A stretch of DNA of 64,000 bases from Mobula hypostoma (lineage: Eukaryota): contig NC_086129.1 in assembly GCF_963921235.1 (NCBI RefSeq), positions 32,860,001 through 32,924,000 on the forward strand, in the 5' to 3' direction. Numbering within the stretch: the first letter of the stretch is position 1; each line of letters opens with the position of its first letter. A model generated the notes under the pieces. It made no database searches. It worked only from the letters and a program-made list of their open reading frames with translations, and was not told where the DNA came from. A program made the position numbers and the translations under genes. Of this stretch, positions 12,607 to 24,189 are shown one piece after another.

Positions 12607-13400
12607 AACCATCAGACCATAAGGCAGAATTAGGCCATTTGGCCCATCAAATTTGCTCTGCCATTCCATCATGGCTGATTTATCATCCTTCTCAACTCTA
12701 TTCTCCTGCATTCTCCCTGTAACCTTTGAAACCCTCACTAATCAAGAACCTATCATTCTCCGTTTTAGATATACCCAATGACTTGACCTCCACAGCTGTC
12801 AGTGGCAATGAATTCCACAGACTCACTATGCTCTGGCTAAAGAAATTTCTCCTCATCTCTTTTCTAAATGGACATCCCTTTATTCTGAGGTTGTGCCCTC
12901 TGGTCCTAGACTCTCCCACTGTAGGAAGCATTCTCTCCACAGCCACCCTATCTAGGCCTTTCAGTATTCGACAGGTTTCAATGAGCTCCCACCTCATTCT
13001 TCTAAACTTCAGTGTGTACAGGACCAGACCTATCAAACGTTTGTCAGTCGTTAACCCTTTCATTCCTGGGGTCATTCTTATGAACCTCTTCTGGACTCTC
13101 TCCATTGCCAGCACATCTTTTCTCAGATAAAGGGCCCAAAGCTGCTCACAGTACTCCAAGTGTGGTCTGACCAATGCCTTATAAAGCCTCAGCATTACGC
13201 CCTTGCTTTTATACTCTGGACCTCTCGAAATGAATAGTAACATTGCATTTGGCTTCCTCACCACTGTCTCAACCTGCAAGTTACCCTTCAGGGAATCCTG
13301 CACTAGGATTTCCAAGTCCCTTTGCACCTCTGATTTTTGAATTTTCTCCTTGTTTATAAAATATTCTATGTCGTTATTCCTTCTGCCAAAGAGCATGACT
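12607..13400 (-). mobile_element. CR1 LINE 3' fragment
   Basis: ORF 12698-13396 contains LVRPHLEYC..RTRGHNLRI..WNSLP; 3' UTR and tail at 12607-12697. Confidence 0.92.
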
Positions 13401-16400
13401 TTGACAAAGTAACTTCAGCAAAATTGTTAGTCCAGTGAAGACCAGGCTTGACAGCACGTTGCTTTGAAATTGCAAATAAAAACATGAATTCAGAAAACAC
13501 TCAGCAAGTCAGGCAGAAACCTTGAAGAAGGGAAATAGAGTTAACATTTTACTTCAAAGGCTCCGCACTCTGATGGGGAACCCTAATTCTGAAGTGCGAA
13601 GAGTCTCTCTCTCTCCCCCCCCACAGATGCCGCCTGACCCGCGGGGGGGGGGGGGGTTCTGCTTCTGGAAAATTCCAGAAATTCTAGAGATTTCCAGAAG
13701 TTTTTGATTTTGAAATTGCTGTTGATTGCACCTTTAATCTCGGACCCACCCCCACCTCTCTCTTCCCCTCTTTACCCTGGTCCACCAACTTCAATGTTAT
13801 TTTTTCCATTTCCTGTTCTCTCCCCTCACTTGACTTGGATCTTTGCTTCATGATCAGTCTTTCCCCATCTTTGAGGAAGGAATAAGCAAAATAAGCAGCA
13901 TCACATAATTCCCATTGTAATTCATTTAAAAAAATCAGTGAGCATGCTTCTTATTTAGATTGAAATGTCATATTGGCTGGGTATGTGGGAAAGCATGGCA
14001 ATCATGAATTATTGATATGTGTGAAAGTGAATTAAAATCAAAAATACTCATGAGGAAACATGCACACTACACAACAGATTGCAGTAAGTAATCCCTTTAT
14101 ATTTTTCCTTCATGCCATATGATGCTGCTCTGCAAATTCTTCTAATCGCCTTGTGTTTTTTATTCCTTCATGACACAACACGCTATACTGTCCCATCATC
14201 AAACACACATCTTCTGTATCTCTCCGAGATGAAGAGGGTGCACCAGTCATCCTTCCACCTCAGCATTCCTCAGATTTAGGATAATGCTCTGCGTAATTTG
14301 CTGAGCATACGTCTGAACAGCTAGAAGCTCATGCTCGGTGCTTGGATGCAGTTCACGCCTGAGGCTTTGATAACTGCTTCTGATAGTCAAGAGTTGGATT
14401 ATGAGCAAGAAGTCACGAACTTTGATGTTGCCGTCTGCACATCATATGTGTCAAATGATCAACCAGTAAGTGTTGTTAAAACACATATGTTAGGCCATTT
14501 AAAAATAACTGGGTTAATCACTCCATTAAAGAGGAAACTTGATAAACTGGAGTTAATTGTGTTTTATTCATATGATGGCACCACCTGCCTCATACATTCA
14601 AAACATTGGCCTTAGCAATCACTCCAGAAGCCACGAAACTGAAGTGGAAGCAAATCATAATGAGGTAGTTCTTATAATAATAAAAATAATAATGAAAATT
14701 GTATGTATGGTACTTGGTGTCCATTTTCAGTTCTACAGCAATGAATTGGGCTGAAGGACAGTGGCAATTCAGCTGAGAAGTGAAGATATCAGCTACTCTG
14801 TGAGTCATTGAATCCTTGACTTCCTAACAGGAAAACCACACTCTGCTCGGATTGGTGATAACACCTCCTCCTCGCTGACGATCAACACTGGCGCATCTCA
14901 GGTGTGTGTACTTAGCCCACTGCTCTACTCTCTATATACCCATGACTGTGTAGCTAGGCATAGCTCAAATACCAGCTATAAATTTGGTGATGATACAACC
15001 ATTGTTGGTAGAATCTCAGGTGGTAACGAGAGGGCGTACAGGAGTGAGATATGCCAACTAGTGGAATGGTGCCACAGCAACAACCTGGCACTCAACATCA
15101 GTGAGACAAAAGAGCTGATTGTGGACTTCAGGTAGATTAAGATGAAGGAACACATACCAATCCTCATAGAGGGATCAGAAGTGGAGAGAGTGAGCAGCTT
15201 CAAGTTCCTGGGTGTCAAGATCTCTGAGGACCTAACCTGGTCCCAACATATCGATGCAGCTATAAAGAAGGTAAGACAGCAGCTATAGCTTATTAGGAGT
15301 TCGAAGAGATTTGGTATGTCAACAAAAACACTCAAAAACTTCTCTAGATGTATTGTAGAGAGAATTCTGACAGGTTGCATCACTGTCTGGCAGGGGAATG
15401 AAAGAAGCTGCAGAGGGTCATAAATTTAATCAGCTCCATCCTGGGTTCTAGCCTACAAAGTACCCAGGACATCTTCAAGGAGCAGCGTCTCAGAAAGGCA
15501 GTGTCCATTATTAAGGACCCCCAGCATACCCTTTTCTCACAGTTACCATTAGGTAGGAGGTACAGAAGCCTGAAGGCACACACTCAGTGATTCAGGAACA
15601 GCTGCTTCCCCTCTGCCATCCGATTCCTAAATGGACATTGAACCCATGAACACTAACTTACTTTTTTAATATGTATTATTTCTGTTCTTGCACAATTTTT
15701 AATCTATTCAATATACATATACTGTAACTGATTTACTTACTTATTTATTATTTTTTCTTCTATATTATAAGAACATAAGAACATAAGAAATAGGAGCAGG
15801 AGTAGGCCATCCGGCCCATAGAGCCTGCCCCGCCATTCAATAAGATCATGGTTGATCTGTCCGTAAAATCAGCTCCATTTACCTGCCTTTTCCCCATAAC
15901 CCTTAATTCCCTTACTATGTAAAAATCTATCTAACTGTATCTTAAATATATTTAGTGAAGAAGCCTGAACTGCTTCCCTGGGCAGAGAATTCCACAGGTT
16001 CACCACTCTCTGGGCAAAACAGTTTCTTCTCATCTCCATCCTAAATCCTTTCCCCTGAATCTTGAGGCAATGTCCCCTAGTTCTAGTCTCACCTACCAAT
16101 GGGAGCAACTTTCCTACTTCTATCTTATCTACCCATTTCAAAATTTTGTATGTTTCTATAAGATCCCCTCTCATTCTCCCGAACTCCAGACAGTATAGTC
16201 CCAGGCAACTCAATCTCTCCTCATAGGTTAACCCTTTCATCCCTGGAATCAACCTGGTGAATCTCCTCTGCACTGTCTCCAAAGACAGTACACCCTTCCT
16301 CACGTATGGAGACCAGAACTGCGCATAGTACTCCAGGTGCGGTCTCACCAGAATTCTGTATAGTTGCAGCATGACCTCCCTGCTCTTGAATTCAATCGCT

Positions 16401-17525
16401 CTAGTAATGAAGGCCAACATTCCGTTTGCCTTCTTAATAACCTGTTGCACCTGCATGCCAACTTTTTGCGATTCATGCACAAGCACTCCCAAGTCCCTCC
16501 ACACAACAGCATGCTGCAATCTTTCACTATTTAAATAATAATCTGCTCTTCTATTATTCCTTCCAAAGTGAATGATCTTGCATTTACCAACACTGTATTC
16601 GATCTGCCAGACCTTGGCCCACTCACTTAACCTATCTATATCCCTCTGCAGACTCTCCACATCCTCTGTACAATTTGCTTTTCCACTCAGTTTAGTGTCA
16701 TCAGCAAATTTTGCTATGTTACACTCAGTCCCCTCTTCCAAATCATCAATGTAAATAGTAAACAGCTGTGGGCCCAGCACCAACCCCTGTGGCACCCCAC
16801 TTACCACTGTCTGCCAACTGGAGAAACACCCATTTATACCAACTCTCTGCCTTCTATTGGTTAACCAATCCACTATCCATGCCAATACATTTCCTCCGAC
16901 TCCATGCATCCGTATCTTATTTATAAGTCTCTTGTGCGGCACCTTATCGAACGCCTTCTGCAAATCCAAGTTAACGACATCCACCTGTTCCCCTCTATCC
17001 ATTGCACTCATTATGTCCTCAAAGAACTCCAGTAAGCTTGTCAAACAGGACCCGCCCTTTCTGAATCCATGCTGCGTCTGTCACTGTCCGGTCCGTTGAC
17101 TCCTCATTTCAGTTAGTTTCCTTTTCCCCGTGTCCCACTGGGCTCCTTGATTAGGGCATCTGATCCTCATTCGAACGGGTCAGCATAAAAGCACCGGCTT
17201 ACATCTACTCAATGCTGGACCGTCACCGGAAGCCAGTCCGGCAATGCACGTTCCGGGCTTTCGAGAAGGCTGGACCGTCAACTGAGCCAGTGCTGCAATG
17301 CACATTCTGGGCCGCTGAGAATAATGGACTCAAAGTTGCTTCGGTGCCTGTCGTTGTCGTCTCGTGTCCAGCTGAGGATTGCAGGCCATTGGCCGCTACC
17401 CCGAGTCAAGATACAAATTCTCTGTCGTTGTTTGGTTTTGTCGTCTCCTGTCTAGCAGAGTTTTGCAGGCCGTTTGCCACTATTCCGAGCCAAGCTATGT
17501 CCATTGGTCAAAAACTAGAGTCCCT

Positions 17526-18011
17526 ACAACAGCAGCGAAAGAAAATTTTCAACAATGTCTTCGAGGAATACACAGAAAACCTCTGCTGGAAAAGGCAGAG
17601 CACACTTCTTCGTTTGGACAGACAATGAAGTCGAGCTGCTTCTGCGAGTTACAAATGACTACGAAGTCAGCAAAGTAGTGGAGAACGTGGGACTGGGAGT
17701 CATGCCAAACCAAATGCAATGACATCCTCGATCGCTATAAAGAACGCTATATGCATTCAAGAAAACAATGAAATGTCGCGCTGCCGCCACCATCTGTTCC
17801 GGCACGTCATGACAGCATCTTTAAAAAGCTCCAGTTACCCCGTACACACTACACCACCCAACCAGCGTTTTCAGATTTACACACTCTCGAGAGCGTTTTA
17901 GAAAAGCTCCATTTTTGGGGGAAGAAAATGTTGGTTCAGTGTGGACAGAGGGTCAAAACGAAGAGAAAAAGCTTCGGTTACAGATTTATCCGGTCTAGTG
18001 TGGACGTAGCC
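17526..18011. mobile_element. PIF/Harbinger transposon fragment (one TIR retained)
   Basis: Ends CTAGTGTGGACGTAGCC followed by TAA; 17751-18011 is the reverse complement of ~51873-52110. Confidence 0.8.
17555..17753 (+). pseudogene. Harbinger-associated Myb/SANT-like protein N-terminus, frameshifted
   Basis: Hand translation MSSRNTQKTSAGKGRAHFFVWTDNEVELLLRVTNDYEVSKVVENV-(extra G)-DWESCQTKCNDILDRYKERY; the W-T-x-x-E-x-x-x-L-L ... W pattern fits Myb/SANT-like domains. Confidence 0.65.
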
Positions 18012-19239
18012 TAAGTCAGAGTCCCGGTTCCATGTCCGAGTCCAAGTCCGAGTCCAGGTTCCGTGTCTGAGTCCAGATTCTGTGTCCGAGTCCAAGTCCA
18101 GGCTCCATGACCACACTCCGGGTCCAGGTTCCTCCGGTTGTTGTCCAATGATCACGTCCACGTAGGCATCTAATCCTTGCTTTCCGGTTTTCTTTGCATC
18201 TGTTAATAAATACACTTCTGTTAATGTTACCTCCGTGTCTGTGTCCTGCACTTGGGTCCACTCCCTACGCCACATTGAAACAGTGTCTGACTAATAGAAC
18301 CACTCTTTTCTAAATGTTTCGCTCTTTCTTCCTTAACGACAGCTTCAAGCATTTTCCCAACTACAGATGTTAAGCTAACTGGCCTATAGTTGCCCATCTT
18401 ATGCCTACATCTTTTTTTAAAAAGTGGTGTGACATTTGCTGTCTTCTAATCCGCCGGGACCTGCCCAGAGTCTGGAGAGTTTTGATAAATGATTACCAAT
18501 GCGTCTACTGTAACCTCCGCCAATTCCTTCAGCACCCTAGGATGCATCCCATCAGGACCAGGGGACTTCTCTACCTTCAGGCTCTCTAGTTTGCTCATCA
18601 CTAACTCCTTAGTGACAGTGATTTTATCGAGGTCCTCACCTCCCATTTCGTCCATAACATCCTTCTTTGGCATATTAAACGTGTCCTTCACCGTGAAGAC
18701 CGACACAAAATAGTCGTTCAATGCCTCAGCCATTTCCTTATCACCCAATATCAATTTCCTCTTCTCGTCTTCCAAGGGACCTACGTTGACTTTAGCCACC
18801 CTCTTCCGCTTTACATATTTACAAAAACATTTGCTATCTGTTTTTATATTTTGTGCTAATTTACTTTTATACTCGATCTTCCCTTTCCTTATTTATTGTT
18901 TAGTTGTTCTCTGTTGCTTTTTAAAGTTTTCCCAATCCTCCAGTCTCCCACTACTCTTTGCGACTTTGTACACATGAGCTTTTAATTTGATACTATCTTT
19001 TATTTCCTTAGTTATCCAAGGCTGGTTCTCCCCACACTTACTGTCCTTACTTTTGACTGGAATATACTTTTGTTGAACACTGTGAAAAACCTCTTCGAAA
19101 GTATTCCACTGTTCCTCAACTGTCCTACCAAATAGCCTGTGCTCTGTATTGCATTGAACTGCTGCTGCTAAGTAAACAACTTTCACGACACATGCCAGTG
19201 TTAATAAACCTGATTTTGATTCTAATTCTGATTCTGACC

Positions 19240-20185
19240 ACACTATACAGTAACCCCTTGTGCTCCTTGATACCGTCCCAGTGGTTTAACAGAGACAAAA
19301 CAGATTTAGGCAGAGCGCTAAATTCCTTGCCTTTTGGCTTTCTTTTTATGCCCCATAAGTTTCTGAAGACACTTAACACAGGGTCTTGCTGCTGAAAAAT
19401 GTGCAAGTCTCCATTAGAATAACCCGGGAAGGTGGGGTGGGTGTTTCTTTGCATCAGACCACTTACATCGCTAGAACCAGCTTCTAGAGCTCAGATTTGC
19501 TTAACCTTACAGCTTTTAAGACCAACTGTAACCAGTGCTTGGTCAAGAGCCGTGTCGTGATTGATCAGACCTGTCAAACTCAGCATCCTCTGAGATAGGC
19601 TCAGGCTTCCATGCAAATGACTGCAGTGATAGAGCATCAGCCATGGTTTTGCTCTGACCCAGATGATACTGAACATCAAAGTCAAACACTGACAGCTGGG
19701 AGATCCATCTCTGCTCAATTGCCCCCAAAGAACATTGGAATAACTGCAAGACCTCCAGTACAGGGGTGTTAAATGGCTCAAGCAACATCTTATGGTCACC
19801 ACCAGCGTCTCCAGTGGCCTTCTTAGCCACGATGGTATCTACAGATTCAGCAGGTATGTGCACAGTATCCTTTTCCAATATTCAGACTACGGCTTTCTAA
19901 TCAGTGTGCATCTGCACTTTCTGAAAAACATCTCTCCAATCAAAAGCCAACTTTCCTTCTAGGGTCATGTCAAATTCAACGTTGACAAGTTGACTACATT
20001 TTCTGATAATGTTCATGCCTATAATGTGTAGGACAGGTTGTTCAGTGCTAACAGAATCCCTGACTACTAGAAAGTCACAATGTCACAATTAGAAACGTTC
20101 ATGCCCATCACTTGAACCTCTAGCTCTAGATGCCCAACGTTAGCAGCTGTTAACTTTAGCCAGCCAGCAGTGGACAACATATTCT
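19240..20185 (-). mobile_element. Degraded, internally deleted Gypsy pol relic
   Basis: EQRWISQLSVFDFDVQYHLGQSKTMADALS (RNase H C-terminus) in ORF 19543-19878; WLKLTAAN-like protease-region motif at ~20135-20165. Confidence 0.6.
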
Positions 20186-20206
20186 CATCCTCTCATAAGA
20201 AGATAA

Positions 20207-21313
20207 GAACAATTAGATTCTCAGCTTCCTTACTGGAAGACCACAATCTGTGCAGATTGGTGATAATTTCTCCTCCTCGCTGATGATCAACACTGGTGCA
20301 CCTCAGGGGTGTGTGCTTAGCCCACTGCTCTACTCTCTCTATACCCATGACTGTGTGGCTAAGCATAGCTCAAATACTGTCTATAAATTTCCTAATGATA
20401 CAACCATTGTCGTTAGAATCTCAGGTGGTGACGAGAGGGCGTACAGGAGTGAGATATGCCAACTAGTGGAATGGTGTTGCAGCAACAACCTGGCACTCAA
20501 CGTCAGTAAGATGAAAGAGCTGATTGTGGACTTCAGGAAGGGTAAGACGAAGGAACACATACCAATCCTCATAGAGGGATCAGAAGTAGAGAGAGTGAGC
20601 AGTTTCAAGTTCCTGGGTGGCAAGATCTCTGAGGATCTAACCTGGTCCCAACATATCAATGTAGTTATAAAGAAGGCAAGACAGTAGCTATACTTTATTA
20701 GGAGTTTGAAGAGATTTGGCATGTCAACAAATACACTCAAAAACTTCTATATTTGTACAGTGGAGTGCATTCTGACAGGCTGCTTCACTGTCTGGTATGA
20801 GGGGAGGGGCCCCTGCACAAGACCAAAAGAAGCTGTAGAAGGTTGTAGATCTGGTCAGCTCCATCTTGCGCACTAGCCAACAAAGTACCCAGGACGTCTT
20901 CAGGGAGTGGTACCTCAGAAAGGCAGCGTCCATTATTAAAGACCTCCAGCACCCAGGGCATGACCTTTTCTCACTGTTACCATCAGGTAGGAGGTACAGA
21001 AGCCTGAAGGCACACATTCAGCAATTCAGGAACAGCTTCTTCCTCTCTGCCATCCGATTCCTAAATAGACATTGAATCCTTGGATGCTAGCTCACTGTTT
21101 TTAATATATGGTATTTCTGTTTTTTTGCATGTTTTTAATCTAACCCATACGCATATACTGTAATTGATTTACTTGTTTATTTATTATTATTACTTTTATT
21201 TTATTTGTTATCATTATTTTTTTCTTCTATATTATGTATTGCATTGAGCTGCTGCTGCTAAGATAACAAATTTCACGTCACATGCCGGTGATAATGAACC
21301 TGTTTCTGATTCT
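20207..21313 (+). mobile_element. Rex1/Babar-type LINE, 5'-truncated
   Basis: [20 protein letters not shown] and LPSGRRYRSL motifs; 3' UTR with ttctgattct tail; colinear with 14808-15767. Confidence 0.9.
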
Positions 21314-21538
21314 ACTTTTCTTGTGAATACTGCTGCTCTGATATTACGTTCCTGTGACACTGCTGTAAGTACGTTTTTATTGCATCTGTATTTACACGTA
21401 CTTCTGCATATGCCAATAAACTTGATTTTGACCTGTAATGGATTTGCTGACTCTGCGGATAAGTGCAGATTTGCGCATGAGACTTTTCTACTTTATTTGG
21501 TACTCTGATCTGTTTGAACAATTTGAAAGTTTCAAAAT

Positions 21539-21755
21539 TCACCAACAATTTGAACTGTTGAAGGCCCTCAGGATGTGTGAGCTGTGGGGCCTCAGGAAAT
21601 GCTGCAGGAGGACGAACTCCACTCACCTTCCCTTCCACCTCTCAGTTCTGTGCCCGGAAAGGGTAAATATAGGTGAGGAAGGAGCGCAGGTGGGTGTCCA
21701 GCAGCTTCTGGTCCACCACGTTGCTGTTCGGGTATTGTTTGGATATTGTATAATC
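21539..21755 (-). pseudogene. Unidentified coding-sequence relic or cryptic exon
   Basis: 21 consecutive G/C-ending codons (YPNSNVVDQKLLDTHLRSFLT), an in-frame TGA, a 1-nt shift, then 20 of 22 G/C-ending codons (VEFVLLQHFLRPHSSHILRAFN), within AT-rich flanks. Confidence 0.45.
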
Positions 21756-22389
21756 TTAAAGCTTAAAGTAGTTTTTGTAACCTTCTGAATTTTATTATCA
21801 AGAACACCTTTCAATTTTTCATCAGCTGCCTTTCAAAAAAAGTTCAGTCCAAAATGTATTAAGTTTCCATTTTTCAACCACCTCCTAACCCCATTCCACC
21901 CTTTTTTAAGCATTGCTCCTTCAAAAGATCAGAACTGTAGTCTGTAACAAAAGAATAGTGTCTCTTTGCACTATATCTATTGTTTTCAATTTTCCTGTTA
22001 GCACATAACATCAAGTGCAGCTTAATATGATAAATAGCAGCTAGTAAATTGATTGGCAGTATGCCCAACCCTTTAATGTAGCTCTTTTGTTGGGAAACCA
22101 TATTTTTGGCAGGTTCAGCGAGTCTTCACAGATTGAAAATAGCTGTTCTGTTATCAAACTGCCTCTAGCTGGCAGAACATCACCTGAGTGGTGAAACCTG
22201 AGCAGATGCCAATCCATTGCCAGTGTCAGGCAGCCCACATTTGAAGGTTAGTCTCCACACGTGCTGGATACACTGCTTTGACAGGCGTTGACAATTCAAA
22301 TTCACTTAAGTGATGCTCATCTCCTGATTTTTTTAGCTAATATTTGGTCATAACTTTGGAAAGATTTTGGGAGTTGGACTTGTTTTACT

Positions 22390-22745
22390 AGAAATAGAAG
22401 TAAAATTAGGCCAATTGGTCCATGAAGTCTGCTTCATTGTTTGATCATGGCTGGTTTATTTTCCCTTTCAACCCCATTTTTCTGCCTTCTCCCTGTAATG
22501 TTTGACATCCTTACTAATCAAGGACTTATCAATCTCCATTTTAAATATACCCAATGACTTGGCCTCCAGTGTTATCCATGGAAATGAATTCCACAGATTC
22601 ACCACCCTTTGGCTCAAGAAATTCCTCCTCATCTCTGTTCTAAATGAAGGTCCTTCTATTCTGAGACTGTGCCCCCTGGTCCTGATTCTCCCACTTTTGG
22701 AAATGTCCTCTCCTTGTCCATTCTGTCTACATCTTTCAACATTTG
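22390..22745 (-). mobile_element. CR1 LINE 3' end
   Basis: Colinear with 12620-12960 and 58160-58525. Confidence 0.85.
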
Positions 22746-23359
22746 CTGTGTTTCAGTTTGAGAGGTGTTAGAGAAGTGTTGATAGACTGCACTGCCTTTT
22801 GTGGGTTAAGTATCACCACAGTTTTAGCTAATTACTGTACGTTGCACAGTCTGATGACCAGGCAACAATTTGAATAAGAATCCTCACAGAACACAGTGAG
22901 CGCTCTGTTCTTATCGTTACATCACCCTCAGCAGAGCAGGAAGAATATCAGGCATAATACCATAAAATGTGTTTTATTTCATATGGTAGAAATCTTATGA
23001 AAAAAAAACATGGCTGATGTTTTGAAAATATAGTTAATTTGTGGTTGCTTTAATCAAGCTCATAAAACAGTAAGGTCTAGTCAGTTAACACAGTGGAAGC
23101 AGGTAATCAGAATCAGTAGATCACTTTGTCCATTTGATCTTACTGATTACCCTTTTTTTCTGTTCTGTGCGTTGCACTTTGAGGCTGATGGAAGAACCTC
23201 TTAAAGAGAGATTATCTGCTCAGAGATTCAGATGTGCAGGCTGGGGCTGCTGCAAGAGACTTCAAAACTCTTTATATAAGGAAAAATATATTTGCATTTA
23301 CTGCATGCAAAAAAGTAAGCAAAAGACATATCTATTGTGATCCCTATATATATCTTTTG

Positions 23360-23630
23360 TCACAATCTATGGACTCATTTTCAAAGTCTCTTCATCTCAT
23401 GTTCTCAATATTTACTGCTGATTTATTTATCATTATTTCTTTCTTTTTGTATTTGCAGTTTATTGTCTGTTGCACAATGGTTGAACGTTCAAGTTAGTGT
23501 GGTCCTTCATTGATTTTATTATGATCATTATTCTATTATGGATTATCAAGTGTGTCCACAGGAAAATTAAATGCAGAGTTGTTTATAGTGACAAAAATGA
23601 ACTTTGATAATAAACTTACTTTGAACTTTG
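23360..23630 (+). mobile_element. Rex-type LINE 3'-UTR fragment
   Basis: Homologous to 24580-24803; ends aataaacttactttgaactttga. Confidence 0.6.
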
Positions 23631-23679
23631 ATGACTAGCGTCATGGAGAATCACATAAAGAAAGTGACTGAAGATGTCA

Positions 23680-24175
23680 AAGTCAAAATTAAAGGAAAAA
23701 TTATTATCAAGGTGCATATACATTACCCTATACTACTTTCAGATTCACTCATGACACACTGGAGGAACTCAGCAGGTCGGACAGCATCCGTGGAAAAGAT
23801 CGGTCGACGTTTCGGGTTTCCTGACGAAGGGTTCCGGCCCGAAACGTCGACTGATCTTTTCCACGGATGTTGCCCGACCTGCTGAGTTCCTCCAGCGTGT
23901 TGTGAGTGCTGCTTTGACCCCAGCATCTGCAGATTATTTTGTGTCTACTTTAAGATTCATTTTCTTGTAGGCATTTACATCAGAATAACAAAATGCATTC
24001 GAATTTATGAAAAAATATACCCAAGCAAACCCCGATAGCAACCAATGTGCAAAAGAAGACAAATTGTGCAAAATGATATATAAAAAATACTGACAACAGG
24101 AGTTGTAAAAAGTCCTTGAAAGTGAGTCTACAAGTTAAGTAGTGGTGAGTGAAGTTATCCATACCGGTTCAGGAG
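23680..24175 (-). mobile_element. Rex-type LINE 3'-UTR fragment, host of the hairpin element
   Basis: Colinear with 35533-35870 once 23748-23959 is removed. Confidence 0.65.
23748..23945 (+). mobile_element. Penelope-derived palindromic mini-element containing a hammerhead core
   Basis: Inverted arms of ~70 bp (23746-23817 / 23837-23908); CTGACGA at 23821 and GAAACGTC at 23841; 14-bp TSD TACTTT[C/A]AGATTCA (23734-23747, 23946-23959). Confidence 0.85.
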
Positions 24176-24189
24176 GATGAATTGTGAAG

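Larger units (their letters stand above)
17079..18282 (+). mobile_element. Solo LTR (Gypsy-like) with internal GTCCRR tandem repeat
   Basis: TGTCAC...GAAACA termini; 5-bp TSD GCGTC (17074-17078) / GTGTC (18283-18287); AATAAA at ~18205; CR1 sequence is contiguous across the insertion. Confidence 0.8.
15768..19145 (-). mobile_element. CR1 LINE (RT region), interrupted by solo LTR
   Basis: 391-aa ORF 15869-17044 (DLQKAFDKVPH, GVPQG, FADD); upstream ORF2 pieces at 18290-19140 (KSPGPDGMHPRVLKE); (TTCTTATG)n tail at 15768-15790. Confidence 0.93.
14808..19237 (+). mobile_element. Rex1/Babar-type LINE (14808-15767 + 19146-19237), interrupted by CR1
   Basis: RT motifs [15 protein letters not shown] and KFGDDTT. 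The 3' UTR breaks at ..ctatattat| and resumes at |gtattgcattgaact; it is contiguous in the copy at 21220-21313. (TTCTGA)n tail. Confidence 0.88.

Noticed and set aside
13640-13700. Poly-G run and short palindromes TTCTGGAA/TTCCAGAA
   Set aside because: Lies in a degraded Penelope tail; simple-sequence expansion or local repair scar.
14331-14471. ORF with LDYEQ (cadherin-like) followed by GTAAGT
   Set aside because: No other cadherin motifs (DxNDN, AxDxG), no codon bias and a weak acceptor; not supportable as an exon.
18016-18130. GTCCGA/GTCCAA/GTCCAG repeat array and its low-complexity ORFs
   Set aside because: Degenerate hexamer tandem inside an LTR; no spacer structure, so neither CRISPR nor a gene.
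21660-21710. Resemblance of LDTHLRSFLTYIY to a DOCK9/11-like helix recalled from memory
   Set aside because: Too short and the flanks do not fit; no gene symbol assigned.
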